A stretch of DNA of 64,000 bases. Origin: Tubulanus polymorphus (lineage: Eukaryota; Animalia; Nemertea). The notes beneath the pieces are model-generated. The model saw only the letters and a program-made list of their open reading frames with translations. It made no database searches and had not been told where the DNA came from. The position numbers were made by a program, and so were the translations under genes. This document shows positions 35,460 to 48,249 of the stretch, one piece after another. The stretch spans positions 7,290,914 to 7,354,913 of the forward strand of contig NC_134034.1 of NCBI RefSeq assembly GCF_964204645.1. Direction: 5' to 3'. Each line of letters starts with the position of its first letter. The first letter of the stretch is position 1.

Positions 35460-35684
35460 TGTCGGGAATATTTTCCCGCCACGAATTATATTGTATTATT
35501 ATTTTCGCGTTATTATTATTTTCCCGCGTGACATGCGCGGTTGTGTTGTAGAGGGCGTTGTATGGTGTGTGTGCTAGAGCTCTCGCAAGCAGGGTGGAAG
35601 TGTATGAAATTACTCTAATAAACCTTGTACGTATATACGTTGAATGGAATTCGTTATATGTTAGTTATTTATGCCTTCCTGACA
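35460..35684 (+). repeat. BEL 3' LTR
   Basis: TGTCGGGAA...TTCCTGACA termini, internal AATAAA, short purine tract upstream. Confidence 0.75.
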
Positions 35685-35831
35685 GTTAGTGTAACAACTC
35701 TTTGATGCACCGCGGTCATAACTACTGGGATAGACTATAGAGGTACTTATTCCTTACTGAAATTAATTATGCTTCAGTCACCCTGTTTCATACATGTACA
35801 TGTTCATTTAAACCGCATTGTTGTCTTTCAG

Positions 35832-36296
35832 AGGGTGGTGCATGTGAAGCTGCAAATAAAAAGAAAGAAGAAATGCCTGATGGGGCTGTCCGTTTATTAA
35901 TTGTTATTATTCGTTATTATATAATCGTTATTATTAAACTTCACAAAAAGTATAGCAGCAAAATGAACGACAAGAAAACTATTTAAAAAAAACATGTATG
36001 TGTGGGGATTAATAGCTTCGAATATGCAGAAACTAAATATAAAATATTGTTACACGTGGATTCAACTCAAAATGAAGTGGAACAATATTCTAACGCCGTA
36101 CAAGAATTGCGTAAAACACAACGGAAAGACGGGAGTTGATCCTAAATATTGCAAGTACTATGATGATCTTGATGAATATATTGGGTGTCGGCCATTCGTA
36201 AGACCAAGTGTAGTTCTGTCGTCATCGTCGTCGTCGTTTTCCAATATTCAGAAGTCCCAGACTCGTGAAGAGGTTGATGTGCAAAAAATACAGTAA
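35832..36296 (+). pseudogene. Harbinger Myb/SANT-like DNA-binding protein
   Basis: W..IA..M...QLKMKWNNI...YK....HN.KTG.....C.YYDDLD; convergent with transposase. Confidence 0.78.
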
Positions 36297-37478
36297 ATTC
36301 TACCTAGTTTGGATTGGTCTCAGTAGTCAGGAGTAAATCACAGGTCCCGTTTCTTGATTTTAAATAGTAGACCTTGTATAGTTTACTGTAGTAAGTCAAT
36401 TCTCGATTGTCAGCAGCTGTATGATTGAGTTCATCGTTAATTCTTGTAGTTGCTGACAATCGAGAAATCTATTTTATAAGCTTTATTTTTCTTGTTTATG
36501 TTTTAACAAAATAATTTAGCAATTTATCATCTCTCAAAGACTTAAAAAGACGATTGTCTCGTTATGTTATTTTATCACTGTAATTTTTAAGCTTTTGTTC
36601 TTAATTGGTATTTTAATAGGAAGTTTATTACCGTTATTGAAGCTTCTATACATTTAGATATAGAGTTGTTGACTTATTGACTGCAGCAGTGTGCAACTTG
36701 TATGTATATGGCATAGATAAAACCTTTCCACCTACCGGTATAAGTAGTAAGGAACTATGGCTAGTGCATTCGGACTCATCCACATACTTAATAGTTGGTG
36801 ACTAGAAAGGTCGTTGTCGGCGTACTCATGTGTTTAAGTGAACTTCGTTACAGATGATTTACTTAGACTTTACAAGAAGTGGTTTTAATAGAATTGCCAA
36901 TTTGGGACCAGAAAAATTTCTACAATTTGGACGATACTGACTGAGGAAATCTGAGTTATAGAGGAAAGTTTATTTGAAAACAAGAAGGCAAGATCGGGAC
37001 TGATGATTTTTCTCCGTTTACCATACTCGTCACCAATGCAATTTTCAATAACTTTTGGACAGCAATTTACCATGATGAACTGTGGTCTAGTCCTAATCAA
37101 TAGAGAAGTACAGAGAGAGAACAATTCTTTTTCTTCTGACAATTATAGACGGACACTTTATTGAAGTTTTCAAATCAATGGTTTTATCAGATCATTGTTC
37201 ACAAATATATACTGGTTGGTACTGGGTGCTGAACTTGTCAATCATAGCCAAAATCTGAAAATTTTCACTTTCTCTGAACTATATATGTACATTTATTTGA
37301 TAAGCATTTTTTCATAGACAAAATAAAAAGATGGAACTACATACACGTGGTTGGTAGAACCGGTACTGGAAAAGTTTGATTTATAAAACCTTTAGACAAA
37401 CATGCATAAACTTTTAAACAAACATGCATGAAGATAATTAAGCCAGAGGAGGGTGATAACTGTATTAACATTTGGAAT

Positions 37479-38800
37479 TTACAAAGAAAGTAGCAAGCTG
37501 ATGACATTACGCTTTTGTTCACCATTGGGTTGAGGATAATCTCCAAAATATTCGTTTTTATCGCCAGCCACTTCTTCACCTAAACCATCACGCAGATATT
37601 CGTCAAGTGATGTCTCGTGCTGTAGACAGATGTTATGTAAAACAAAACAGCTGGTTAAAAAGTTAATTAGCCGATTATGGTCATGCATGTCAATATATTT
37701 CAACCGTCTGAACCGCCCCTTCAGAGTACCGAAAGCATGCTCGATATGCCTATTCGCGTTGAACTATGTTTGAAATTGTAATTTCTCTGATTGTTTGACA
37801 AATTACCGAAATCTTTATAAGGCACTAAAACATGCTCCTCTAGGGCATAAGCCGAGTCAGCTACAAGGTGAGAATTATCTAGGAATAATTTCCGTCGAAC
37901 TGCGACATCCCCTGAATCTATGTATGAGGAGAGTTTTGAAAAACTCTGGAATCGTGTGCTGAACCAGGCCACCCGAATGAACAGATGTGAAAAAGCCTAC
38001 ATGGTCACACACAGCCATCACATTAATACTGTGAATTTTTTTCCTGTTAATATAGTTCTCAGGATATTCTTTCGGTGCTTTTATCGGAATGTGGGTGCCA
38101 TCTAAGGCTCCTATTGCACCCGGAAAACCTTGCAATTCTTTGAACCCTTCAATGATTTCACGCTGTCTGTCCCCAGATTGCCAACTAATAACTTTGGGTA
38201 GCACATGATTCACCAATATCTTTGACATCAGACCTAAAAAGAAATAAAAATAATGCTTTGACGTCCATTTGCCTATTATGTAATGTCACGACGCACACAG
38301 CCCCAACAAAAATTAACTGTACCGTGCCGGTAAAAACTCAGCCACTTACCAACAATTTTGAAAACAGTAGCTTCACACACACCAAACACATCTCCTATAC
38401 GTATCAATGGAAGTTGGCATGAAGCATAATATAGAAATATCAGTAACTGTTTTTCAGCGCTTATTTCGACATAATTTATATACAACTCGTCGATAAATGG
38501 TTGAATATATTCAATCATTACAGCATACGTTGTCTTCTCACAGCGGAAACTTCGTCTGAATTCTTCTTCGTTATATTGTTCAACAGTTTTTTCAACATAA
38601 TCAGTAATCCGCGGTTTTTTATAGATACTTTTTGTATGTTTCATTACTTCTGTTTCAAGAAATATACTGGAACTCGTAGGGCATAACAGATTATTTCTGA
38701 CGGCTGTAATCTTCCCATTTTTATTTTGGTATGGGTATTTGTCAGTTTTCAGCAGCTCATTGATAATAAGAAGCGCTGAACTCTTTTTCTTGTTGTCCAT
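37479..38800 (-). pseudogene. PIF/Harbinger DDE transposase with intron 38234-38349
   Basis: FRRSFR, GALDGTHIPI, YINRK, VADSAY, YNFKHSSTR, CFVLHNIC; GT-AG intron restores frame KIVG|LMSKIL. Confidence 0.9.
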
Positions 38801-38880
38801 GGAGGCAGCCTTGTTACCTAATCGTAGTTACTAAACTGCTCATTTGTGGACCAAAGCTAATCAAATCAAAATTGTGCCTA

Positions 38881-39102
38881 AGGCTAAACAAAAATGATAC
38901 CTTGTTTCTCCGCAGCGGCCGGGTCATTTTTGTAAAATATGATAAAATTTATAAACAGTTCATTTCTATAGCGGCCGGGTCTGTTATGGTACAATGGATC
39001 ACGATTTTTAAAAAAAGTAATGTATAGGGAAGATAGGAGGCCGGCCGGGTCAACATTTAAGCTCAGCAGAGCGGAAAAAGAAGGTATCAATTTTTTTAGC
39101 CT
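38881..39102. mobile_element. MITE (~220 bp)
   Basis: AGGCTAAACAAAAATGATACC...GGTATCAATTTTTTTAGCCT terminal inverted repeats. Confidence 0.7.
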
Positions 39103-39769
39103 AATCGCACTAGCTAATCAAAACCTAATCTATTCAGCTCACAAAAACGCCTTTTGTTTATTAGCGACCTTGCAGAAGATACCTTTCCCCTTACTCCAGC
39201 GCCGGCGATAACCGCGGCTGCTTAGTCCCGAAATTGTTCCCGGTGGTAAATAGTACCGCCGCCGTATTTATCTCGCCTTTTACACACGAAATAATTATCA
39301 AAAGCTATCATGTACGATACCGTTTGAAACGGGTTAAAAAGTCTTGACTCGGTGAAAGTATCTACGAAATTCATCGTTTTTAGGCGACACGAGCTGTAGT
39401 TTATCAGTTGAGCCGATTTCGCCGGTTTGTTTACTTCCGGTACGAGCACCGACGTCTTACGGCTATCATTATAAGTTATCACCCTAATTTCTAGTCACAA
39501 AGTTAACGTCCTTATATAATCCTCAATATTACAAATCCAGTAGATGATTTCGGCACATTCATATCCTAAAAATACCGAGAATTCGACGATTGAATCGACG
39601 GTCCTGAACGCGGTCACGCATGACGACCGCCTTTCGAGACCTTATTAATCTTTACGAATGGACGATCCTGCACACATTTCACACCAAATCGGAATATTAA
39701 TTCCGATTTTAGAACGCATGGTTAATTGCAAACAGGTGAACAGTTTGTTGTTATTACTTTTTTTACCTT

Positions 39770-40555
39770 TATATATTTCTCTAGTAAAATTAAGATCGTA
39801 TTCTTTGTGAAATATCTTTTATATTTTAAAAATTCTAACATTTTGACCAATTTTATATTTAAGTTTACAAAAATCATCTAAAAGAAATGCTTCATAAAAA
39901 TAATTGCAAACAATTTCGGCATTTTCAGGTTTTCTAGCATCAATAGGTTTCATTCCAATGAATGATAAGATTTATTATAACCTATTAATTTTGGTAAAAT
40001 GTCATTCCATTTAAAAGTATTATTTGCTGTAAAATATTTCCACACTCTTGTTCTTAATGTTTTATTAAATCGTTCAACAACTGCTGCTTTTTCATCCGAT
40101 TTTGTTGAAAAATATTTGATATTATGATAATCGAAGAGTCCATGGACTAATGAATTATCAAATTCTTTTCCATCATCAAATTGTATTTTTCTCTCTCTGG
40201 TTTCACTGTCCCTGAAAGAAATTTTCTTAAAACTTTTGATATTTGTACAGCATCTTTTCGGGATTGTGGGAAACTCCATACATAACGACCAAATATATCA
40301 ATTATTATGGTTATTATCTTTTTAAAGATTTTTTCATATCAATTAAATCTCCCTGCCATTGTTGATCTACATAACTAACCATAGCTTTACGAGTTCAATA
40401 TTTTCTTACAATTTGTTTACGTGTTATGTATGGTTGTTCTCATATAAATTCATTTATATCTTAAAATTTAACTTAATTTTGCGGGATCATCTTATTCAAT
40501 TCATCTTGTTTTACTTGACGCCATATATATTTTTTTACAGAAGGATTGGCAACTG
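39770..40555 (-). pseudogene. Degraded Polinton integrase (family B-like)
   Basis: QFDDGKEF, ERFNKTLR; colinear with ~47330-48150. Confidence 0.85.
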
Positions 40556-40566
40556 AGGATTACAAT

Positions 40567-40679
40567 AGTAATAGGAATAATAGGGGTTCAAGCCAAAGGT
40601 CGAAAGGTCGAAAAATAAATTCCGCACACTCGAATTTATTTTTCGACCTTTGATGTGAACCCCTATTATCCCTACTACT
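40567..40679. repeat. Terminal palindrome of a third, family A-like Polinton end
   Basis: AGTAATAGG...AAAGGTCGAAAGGTCGA...CCCTACTACT followed by the same leader as 9800-9876. Confidence 0.8.
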
Positions 40680-40749
40680 CTTAAAATATTCATATATATG
40701 AATATGAATAACTTCTAAAATCAATTTTAATAAAAAATTTGATATTAAA

Positions 40750-41442
40750 ATTGAAGCAAATAAGAAGTACTTCTGTCCGTCAGAACAACCACAAAGCAAA
40801 GATATTACAAATAATAACGGGGTTATAAATATTTACTACAAGAAATGTTCAAAATGTGAATTGAATAAACAATTCTCGGAATACTATAATTATAAAACTC
40901 AGAAAGATGGTAAGCAAAATTATTGTAGAACTTTTGTTAAGGAAATTAATAAGCAATACCGAGCAAATAACCCAGATTAACAAAAGGAATGGAGAGAAAA
41001 TCACCCCGAATATATGAGAGAATGGAGGGATAATAATCATGAACATTTTAATGAATATAATAAAGAAAGATATAAAACGGATCTTAATTTTAAAATGCAA
41101 CAATGTTTAAGTTCTAGATTAACAAAATAATTCAGTAAAGAAGCGCATTCAGTTACACTATCTAATTTATTGGGGTGTTCAGATGAATTTCTCAAATCAC
41201 GGTTTATATATCAATACGATGATAAAATGAATATAGATAATTATGGTGAATACTTTCATATTCATCACGTGTTACCAATATCGATATTTGATATGAATGA
41301 TGAATACAATCAAAAGATAATCTGGAATTGGAAAAACCTGAGACCTCTTGAAAAGAAGGAAAATATTATGAAAGGAAATGAACTAGATTTAGACTTGTAT
41401 TTAGACCAGTTGGTTAAAGCAAAGACATTTGTTGAATTATGA
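40750..41442 (+). pseudogene. HNH endonuclease, degraded paralog of 11620-12285
   Basis: GCSDEFLKS...HIHHVLP...WKNLRPLEKKEN. Confidence 0.82.
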
Positions 41443-41903
41443 AATAGTCTTCCACAGAACGAAAAATACGTTGAATCTTTATAAACGCCCGATAATACTC
41501 AGCTATATAGCTGGTCGTATTAGCTCTAGTTTGGTAAACATCTGTTACCAGCTTACATTTCAATTGTAAAGAATTAATTAATTTCATTAAGCCTATAAAA
41601 GAACAGCTGTCACCAGCGCTGAATGGCACCGGACAGTGCCTGGATGTATTGAGTCATAGTGAATTACCGAAGGCGCAGATCATTCTGGAACGTGCACCCG
41701 AACCGAACAGACGGCATATACAGAACGCATAGGATATTCTCTCTCGAAACACAATTAGGAGTTACAGTTCTAAATGTAAGTACCGTTTTTGTTGTTATTA
41801 AGACGTCGGGAAACGTTAAACATGTTTAAGTGCTGTAATTCATATTCGACAACTACAACTTCAAGTAAGTTTTATTCTACATTCTAGATATTTAGTAAAG
41901 AAA

Positions 41904-42284
41904 ATGTCATACACATCAAGAAGTCAACCATCTATTTCAAGTCAAACGCCAGATAGTGAGGAACCAGAAAAGATGGATATTAATACACCATCCCAAGAGA
42001 CCGTAAAAGAAATAGACGACAAAAATATCGAAAAACTCAAGAAACATTTGGATTATTATAAACAATTAGTAACAATTTTGGACGAAGTAATTACAACTAA
42101 ACAATCAACGATACAAGAATTGCCGAAAATACCAACTCCGAGTTTAAAAACATTATTAGGACTTAAAGAAAATAGAAGCAAATTGAGCAGTTATGAACTA
42201 CACGAATACTTGAAATCAACATCTACAAATGCATCTAAAGATACTGAAATAATTCGGTTTTATTTTTCTAGTCTTATACTCTAA
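41904..42284 (+). CDS. Hypothetical coiled-coil protein downstream of AP-1/HSE-like unit
   Basis: 126-aa ORF; upstream 41650-41800 homologous to 10210-10490. Confidence 0.5.
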   Translation: MSYTSRSQPSISSQTPDSEEPEKMDINTPSQETVKEIDDKNIEKLKKHLDYYKQLVTILDEVITTKQSTIQELPKIPTPSLKTLLGLKENRSKLSSYELHEYLKSTSTNASKDTEIIRFYFSSLIL

Positions 42285-43404
42285 CCACAACTAAAGGACG
42301 GTTGACTGTTGTTTCTCGATTTCAAGCTAGGAACAGGAGTCGGAATCGGGAAGTTGGAAGTAGGCCTACTGAGGCGAGGTCCGACATAGAAAACCCTATA
42401 CATTCAGAATATCTTGGAATAATCATAACACCCCCTGAGACAATGTGTCAATTTCAGTGGTACATTGGTAGTAGAGTTAATCCTTCCGTGAAAGTGAACA
42501 CGGGCACCGTAGCACGACAATCCTAAAATGAAATATCACAAAACAACCTTCTAAGAAACATTCAAACTCGCCTGAATTATCATTTGGTTGATTTATCAAC
42601 ATAATGACAGTTTTAAATTACCAGAAAAGCTAGTTAGCCTAATATTAAATTTCGTTTATCGTACCGAAGGTACGTTCGGCAAATCTTTCCAGATCCGTTC
42701 TAACTTACGATAGCTGAAATCACAGGAAAAAGATATTTCCTGCAAGTTAATATTTTTGTGCCCAAAAAGGTCAAAGAAATTCTGAAAGACATCACTACTT
42801 TTCAGCTGCACCAAAGTATACGGTGCCAACTTGTCTTACTCCTGCGCTGCATCTATGAACCCTGCATAGATTTTGAATGACGCGCTCGTGGTACCGGGAT
42901 TAGATCTGTAGAAGTAACATTAGCAATAAATGGTGAATGTTGAACCTGGTACTATCATTCACGGTACCGCTTCATTCTGTTCACAGGCAAACATCATCCT
43001 TTTATAGATTCACTGGTAGTCTAAAAATAAAAGAATCGGTACATTTTTCTAACAGTTGGAAGGCCTATGTCATTTCTTTAAAAAAAACTAATTATTGTCA
43101 CACCACAGCAAATAAATTATTCACAGTTATTGAATGGTTTGCCCGATTTAGATTAATTGGTTGACGCTAATCAGTATGACCCATACGTAGGGGCCTACTG
43201 CATGCCGTTGGCGTCAATCCATTCCATTCCACAGTGATTTAAAAAGAAATTTAGTTAGATCCCTTTTGTCCAAAAGCTGCATCATTTATATAACTAGCTG
43301 TCAAATTTAATTTACCTCCTTCAAAGAATACCGATACGCCGGTCACAATCCTCTCCTTAGTCGTATAATAATATAAGCAATAATCGGTCCCTGGCGAGAG
43401 AACG

Positions 43405-43980
43405 TGTCCGCGCACAAACCCAAGTAAACTAGAATACCGGAAATTTTGAATGGATATAACAATACAAGATGAATTTATTTACCTTAATATTTAAACACAG
43501 CTCTCCAGTTTAACACAATCCAAATCCTAGCTCTAAATTCCTATTGCACTCTCCTGCTGGTAACCCGTCCTGAATCAAGTCCCAAACAAGCTTTTAGCAA
43601 GTAACTATCGAATCTCTATCGAGTGTCTTTTGAGTGTCTACCGAGTGTCTGCTCTCTCAAGATTCGGGTCCCTTTTATAGAAAGAATCGGCATTCTTAAA
43701 ATACCAACTCTCCCACTCGACTTTTGGCAAGGAGCAGCAACCTAACTGTCATGACTGTTTTGGTCATACAAAATTTAGCCTTAATGATTCGCTGATCTGA
43801 AATTATTTGAGAAACTGATTTGCTAAACTAACTTTTTCCTTCCAACCCTTCTGTCATGACGCGGAATGATTTACTCACTCCTTGCTTATCATCGTTGAAA
43901 GAACAGCTATTCTATGCGAGTTACCAACAGCCGTATACAACAAGAGAAACTTTAGAGAGCTAGTATTATCATTTAACACA
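43405..43980 (-). repeat. Possible LTR remnant
   Basis: TG/CA-type ends; minus-strand TATAAAAG (~43675) then AATAAA (~43476). Confidence 0.35.
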
Positions 43981-44065
43981 AGTAATTGTAAAAGTGGGGT
44001 TTCAGATCAGAGGTCGAGAGGTCGAGACACCACTCATCACCACAAATAATTTTTTTCCCTTATAA

Positions 44066-44272
44066 ATGGAAGAGAATAAGACAGAACAAATTGATGTTAA
44101 TGAAAATCAATATCATTGTCCATATTGTAAAAAATACATCGATAAATCAAATAAACCTTACATGGAAAATGTTAGAAATTATATTGATTCACTAGAAATA
44201 AAAGATACAATTGAAATTTTAGAAATATTACGCAGTAAAATTGTGACACACATAAACAGTGAGTGCGCGTAA
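44066..44272 (+). CDS. Small ORF resembling PolB N-terminus (TIR-borne); inverted copy 57001-57207
   Basis: YHCPYCKKYIDKSNK / PYMENVRNYIDSL match family A PolB N-terminal segments. Confidence 0.55.
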   Translation: MEENKTEQIDVNENQYHCPYCKKYIDKSNKPYMENVRNYIDSLEIKDTIEILEILRSKIVTHINSECA

Positions 44273-44410
44273 CAACAGCTGCGCGTGTGTTAACTGTACC
44301 CGGATAAATAGATGCTGTGAGACTTGGGTGAGAACGGTTAATAGCGTGTTTGTTATATACAGGGGAAGTAATCCCCACTCATCACCACAAGTAATTTGTT
44401 TTCCTTATAA

Positions 44411-44737
44411 ATGGGAGATAGAAAAGCATTCTTAGCAACAATAAATAACAGAATAAAACCAGCAAAAAAACAATTTGAAATAAAAAAGTTAGTTGATGTT
44501 ACAAAAGAAATTGAACATAAAATATTGAAATTAGAAAAGATAAAAACTAAATATGGAGAGAAAGTATCAGCTAATTTAAGCTACTGTAATGTTAGTACAT
44601 CACGAGAATTTAAAGTGTTTTTACCCGATAAATGGGTTTCATTGAGTACAGAGGAATTGAAAGATTAAGTAGGATTTAAAATAATATATCATGGGAAAAA
44701 TGAAGATGGTCATCATGATTTAGAAATTGTTGATTAA
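44411..44737 (+). pseudogene. Putative ssDNA-binding protein homolog (premature stop)
   Basis: TKYGEKV...VFLPDKW; inverted copy ~56537-56862. Confidence 0.6.
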
Positions 44738-45290
44738 ATAAAAAATAAAAATAATGAATATCTAGAATCCAAAATGACCTTAGTCGTTTTAAAAACAACT
44801 ACAATCATACAGTCAAACATTTGTTATATGTTATTATAAGAGAGTGCTTCATTTGAATATTGATCAATCAAACAGGTGTTGCACAACGTTGTTGTTATAT
44901 TGGATAGCTAGCAGTTTTATAATAAGCACGCAGTACATACAACACACACAAGCCAGTTAGCCGGCATTGAACTACCACGTTTTCATTGGTTGCTGAAAGC
45001 GAGGTTTATTTAAATTAGCTATTACTATGTTAATTGATTAACAAATTCAAATTCAAATATTCATTTTAGCATACTCAGTGCTGTCATCTTTCAATTTAAG
45101 AAAAAACTAATAATAAGAAACGACTGTAATACAATATTCAAGTAAAAACAAAATAAATTAATAAAAATAATGAATATCTAGAATCCGAAATGACTTATCT
45201 GGACAATTTAATTGCTCCGCATAGATAGACAAAAGTAGTGAGATATTCAATTAATTAAAAAAATTATTTTTTTTGCTTTTTTCTAAAATA

Positions 45291-45644
45291 TTAATCCATT
45301 TTCTTTATTATCAATTTTGGAATTTCAGAAGTATTTTCATTTTTGATAGCAGTTGTTTCAGAATTATTAATATTATGAATTTTATTTGATTTCTTATACC
45401 AATTACACCCAATCAAAATGAATACAATTACAAATCCAACTGTAAAATATAGACATTTATCAAATATTCTATCATTAGAAGGATTAGAAATAACAATATT
45501 TTCACTATTTTTATTAACATTTTTATTACTTATTTTTTCTTTTACAGCTTTTTTATATTCTTGTGATTTAATTCCTAATTGCCGAGACCATTCAATTTGT
45601 TTCTGTGATCTCGGTTTTTTCTTCACTTCTTCCACCTCGCTCAT
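45291..45644 (-). CDS. Small basic TM protein
   Basis: Homolog of 13128-13496. Confidence 0.7.
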   Translation of the reverse strand: MSEVEEVKKKPRSQKQIEWSRQLGIKSQEYKKAVKEKISNKNVNKNSENIVISNPSNDRIFDKCLYFTVGFVIVFILIGCNWYKKSNKIHNINNSETTAIKNENTSEIPKLIIKKMD

Positions 45645-46182
45645 TTATTGTAGAAATATTTTTACTTTCAATATTTGAAAATTTTATAACCCCAGTTGAT
45701 AATAATGTCATAAATCCACCTAATTGAAATGATAAATATCCAATCCATTTATTTAATTCAGTCATAACTAAATAATCATTTTTTAAATCGGAATATAATC
45801 TATTTTCATCTTCAATTGGTAGTATATAATTACATAATTTACTATAACCTTTTACTACATTTTCTGATATCGCGTCATTAATTCTAGCTGTTCTCGCGGC
45901 TTCATAAATCTTAAATAATCTAATAATTTCATCTGATTTCATTGTATCTAATTCATTATAAGTTAAATTTTTACCGACAAAATTTTTACATTTTCCAGAT
46001 GCTATTAATATTTCTAATTGATGTTTACAGTAAAGATAATATTCATAATTATTATTTGTTGTAACATTATTTAAAACACCATCATCTGGAATTAATTTGT
46101 TTTCTGTTATTCCTAAATCATCTAAAGTTTTTTCAATTGGAACATCACCATTTTTAGATTTTATTTTCTTTTCACCTACCAT
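45592..46182 (-). CDS. Conserved hypothetical protein
   Basis: Homolog of 12534-13127 and 55442-56047. Confidence 0.75.
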   Translation of the reverse strand: MVGEKKIKSKNGDVPIEKTLDDLGITENKLIPDDGVLNNVTTNNNYEYYLYCKHQLEILIASGKCKNFVGKNLTYNELDTMKSDEIIRLFKIYEAARTARINDAISENVVKGYSKLCNYILPIEDENRLYSDLKNDYLVMTELNKWIGYLSFQLGGFMTLLSTGVIKFSNIESKNISTINERGGRSEEKTEITETN

Positions 46183-46209
46183 TTATATAACAAAAAAATT
46201 ATTTGTGAT

Positions 46210-46480
46210 GTTGCAACTACTAGAATTCAACTAGAATGTAACTAGAATTCAACTAGATTAACAAGCTAGTTGAAATATTGTTATTTTTGTTTATTTCTTG
46301 TTAAATCTAGTTGATTTTTGTTCCAACTACCAATAACTAGAATTCAACTAGAATGTAACTAGAATTAAACTAGATTAACAAGCTAGTTACAATATTGTTA
46401 AAATCTAGTTGAATTCTAGTTACAACTACCAATAACTAGAATTGTAACTAAATATGTAATTGATTAACAAACTAATTGAA
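46210..46480. repeat. AACTAG-rich short-period repeat/palindrome cluster
   Basis: Repeated AACTAGAATTC/AACTAGAATGT units and inverted CTAGTTG; shorter inverted copy ~55240-55410. Confidence 0.8.
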
Positions 46481-46481
46481 T

Positions 46482-47090
46482 TTAAATAAATTCATATTTA
46501 AATGGGTGTTGTAATCTAAATAGTAATTTTGATCTTTTAATATTTTTCAACTTATCCATATATTCATTATGTAAATCATGTGGAATAATATCATTTTCCT
46601 CAAGTGCATTTTTCATCGATTTTCTATCTTTATTGTAGAATAAAACTAGAAATCTAATGTTTTCTCTAAAGTCTTTAACAATTGAATTATATTTTTGATT
46701 TAAAACCCAAGTTGTTATCCCAAAATGTCTCCCGGAGAAAGCTAAATAACATAACTCACTTTCTCTAACTTTTGAATCATGTAAATTTGCGCAATCATCT
46801 ATGATAAATAATGTATTTGATCCTTTATGAATATCAATTGCTATTTTTATACAATTATCTAAATTTTCTTTTACTGTTTTAGGATCTAATATAATAAATT
46901 TATTATTTCTAGTAATATTTCTATCATAAGTTTGATTAAATTCATATGTTGGACAAAATAATACTATATTATCAAAATAGTTTTCATAAACAGTTTCTAA
47001 TAAATTTAATATAAAATAAGTTTTTCCACAATTTGTTACACCAGAAATTAACATATTATGAGGCTCAAATATGAATAATTCCTTATTCAT
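46482..47090 (-). CDS. Packaging ATPase (family B)
   Basis: GVTNCGKT, FIIDD, GRHFG; intact 202 aa. Confidence 0.93.
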   Translation of the reverse strand: MNKELFIFEPHNMLISGVTNCGKTYFILNLLETVYENYFDNIVLFCPTYEFNQTYDRNITRNNKFIILDPKTVKENLDNCIKIAIDIHKGSNTLFIIDDCANLHDSKVRESELCYLAFSGRHFGITTWVLNQKYNSIVKDFRENIRFLVLFYNKDRKSMKNALEENDIIPHDLHNEYMDKLKNIKRSKLLFRLQHPFKYEFI

Positions 47091-48218
47091 TTATATATTT
47101 TTAATTTTACTTGATAATATCCATTCATTGAATTTATCTGGCCATCCAACCCATTTTACTAAAGAATATTTTTTTCTTTTAATAGTTTTTGTTTTTAATA
47201 CTTTTTCAATTTTATATTCTTGTTCTAGATTTTCAGTAGTTAAACTTAATTCTTCTTCGTAAAAGTAGCCATCAACTTCTTCACCATCTAAATCTTCTAA
47301 TTTATAGACATATGGTTTTGTTGTTATTACCTTTTTTATTTTATATATTTCTCTAGTAAAATTTCGATCGTATCCTTTATCAAATATCTTTTTATACTTA
47401 GAAATTCTAACATTTTGACCAACTTTAAATTTATGTTCACCAAAATCATCTACAAGAAATACTCCATATAAATTATTCCAAACAATTTCAGCATTTTCAG
47501 GTTTTCTAGCATCAATAGGTTTCATTCCAATAGAAGAATGATAAGAATTATTATATCCTTCTATCAATTTTGGTAAAACATCAATCCATTTAAAAGTATT
47601 ATTTGCTGTAAAATATTTCCACATTCTTGTTCTTAATGTTCTATTAAATCGTTCAACAACTGCTGCTTTTTTATCTGATTTTGTTGAAAAATATTTAATA
47701 TTATGATTATCTAAGAGTTCATGAACAAGTGAATTATCAAACTCTTTTCCATCGTCAAATTGTATTTTTTCTGGTTTTAGTTTATCATCCGAAAGAAATT
47801 TTCTTAAAACATTTGATGTTTGTACAGCATCTTTTCTATAAAGTGGGAAGCTCCATACATAACGACTAAAAATATCAATTATATTCAATAACCACCAATA
47901 ATCATCATTATCTTTCTTAACATTTTTCATATCAATTAAATCTCCTTGCCACTGTTGATCTACATAACTTACCATAGTTTTACGAGTTTTATATTTTCTA
48001 ACAATTTTTTTATGTGTTGTATATGTTGGTTGTTCTAACATAAATTCATTTATGTCTTTATATTTAACAAAATTTTGTGGGATTATCTTATCTAATTTAT
48101 CTTGTTTTACTTTACGCCATATATTTTTAGTAGAAGAATAAGCAACCGAACTCTCAGGGTTGTAATATAAATTTCTTAAATATTTTTCTTTAGTATTAGG
48201 AGTTTTTTTACCTCCCAT
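47091..48218 (-). CDS. Integrase with chromodomain (family B), intact
   Basis: WQGDLID, QFDDGKEF, ERFNRTLR; YKIEKVL...LVKWVGWPDKFNEWI chromodomain. Confidence 0.95.
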   Translation of the reverse strand: MGGKKTPNTKEKYLRNLYYNPESSVAYSSTKNIWRKVKQDKLDKIIPQNFVKYKDINEFMLEQPTYTTHKKIVRKYKTRKTMVSYVDQQWQGDLIDMKNVKKDNDDYWWLLNIIDIFSRYVWSFPLYRKDAVQTSNVLRKFLSDDKLKPEKIQFDDGKEFDNSLVHELLDNHNIKYFSTKSDKKAAVVERFNRTLRTRMWKYFTANNTFKWIDVLPKLIEGYNNSYHSSIGMKPIDARKPENAEIVWNNLYGVFLVDDFGEHKFKVGQNVRISKYKKIFDKGYDRNFTREIYKIKKVITTKPYVYKLEDLDGEEVDGYFYEEELSLTTENLEQEYKIEKVLKTKTIKRKKYSLVKWVGWPDKFNEWILSSKIKNI

Positions 48219-48249
48219 TTATATATCGTTAATTTTAACTTTATATTTC

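Larger units (their letters stand above)
32416..35684 (+). mobile_element. BEL/Pao LTR retrotransposon, internally deleted (RT/RNase H absent)
   Basis: Gag remnant, Cys/His knuckles, degenerate protease (DGSQRTFV, IDLLIG.D), integrase GVDYTG/SDNATTF/APWFG; deletion near 33990. Confidence 0.9.
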
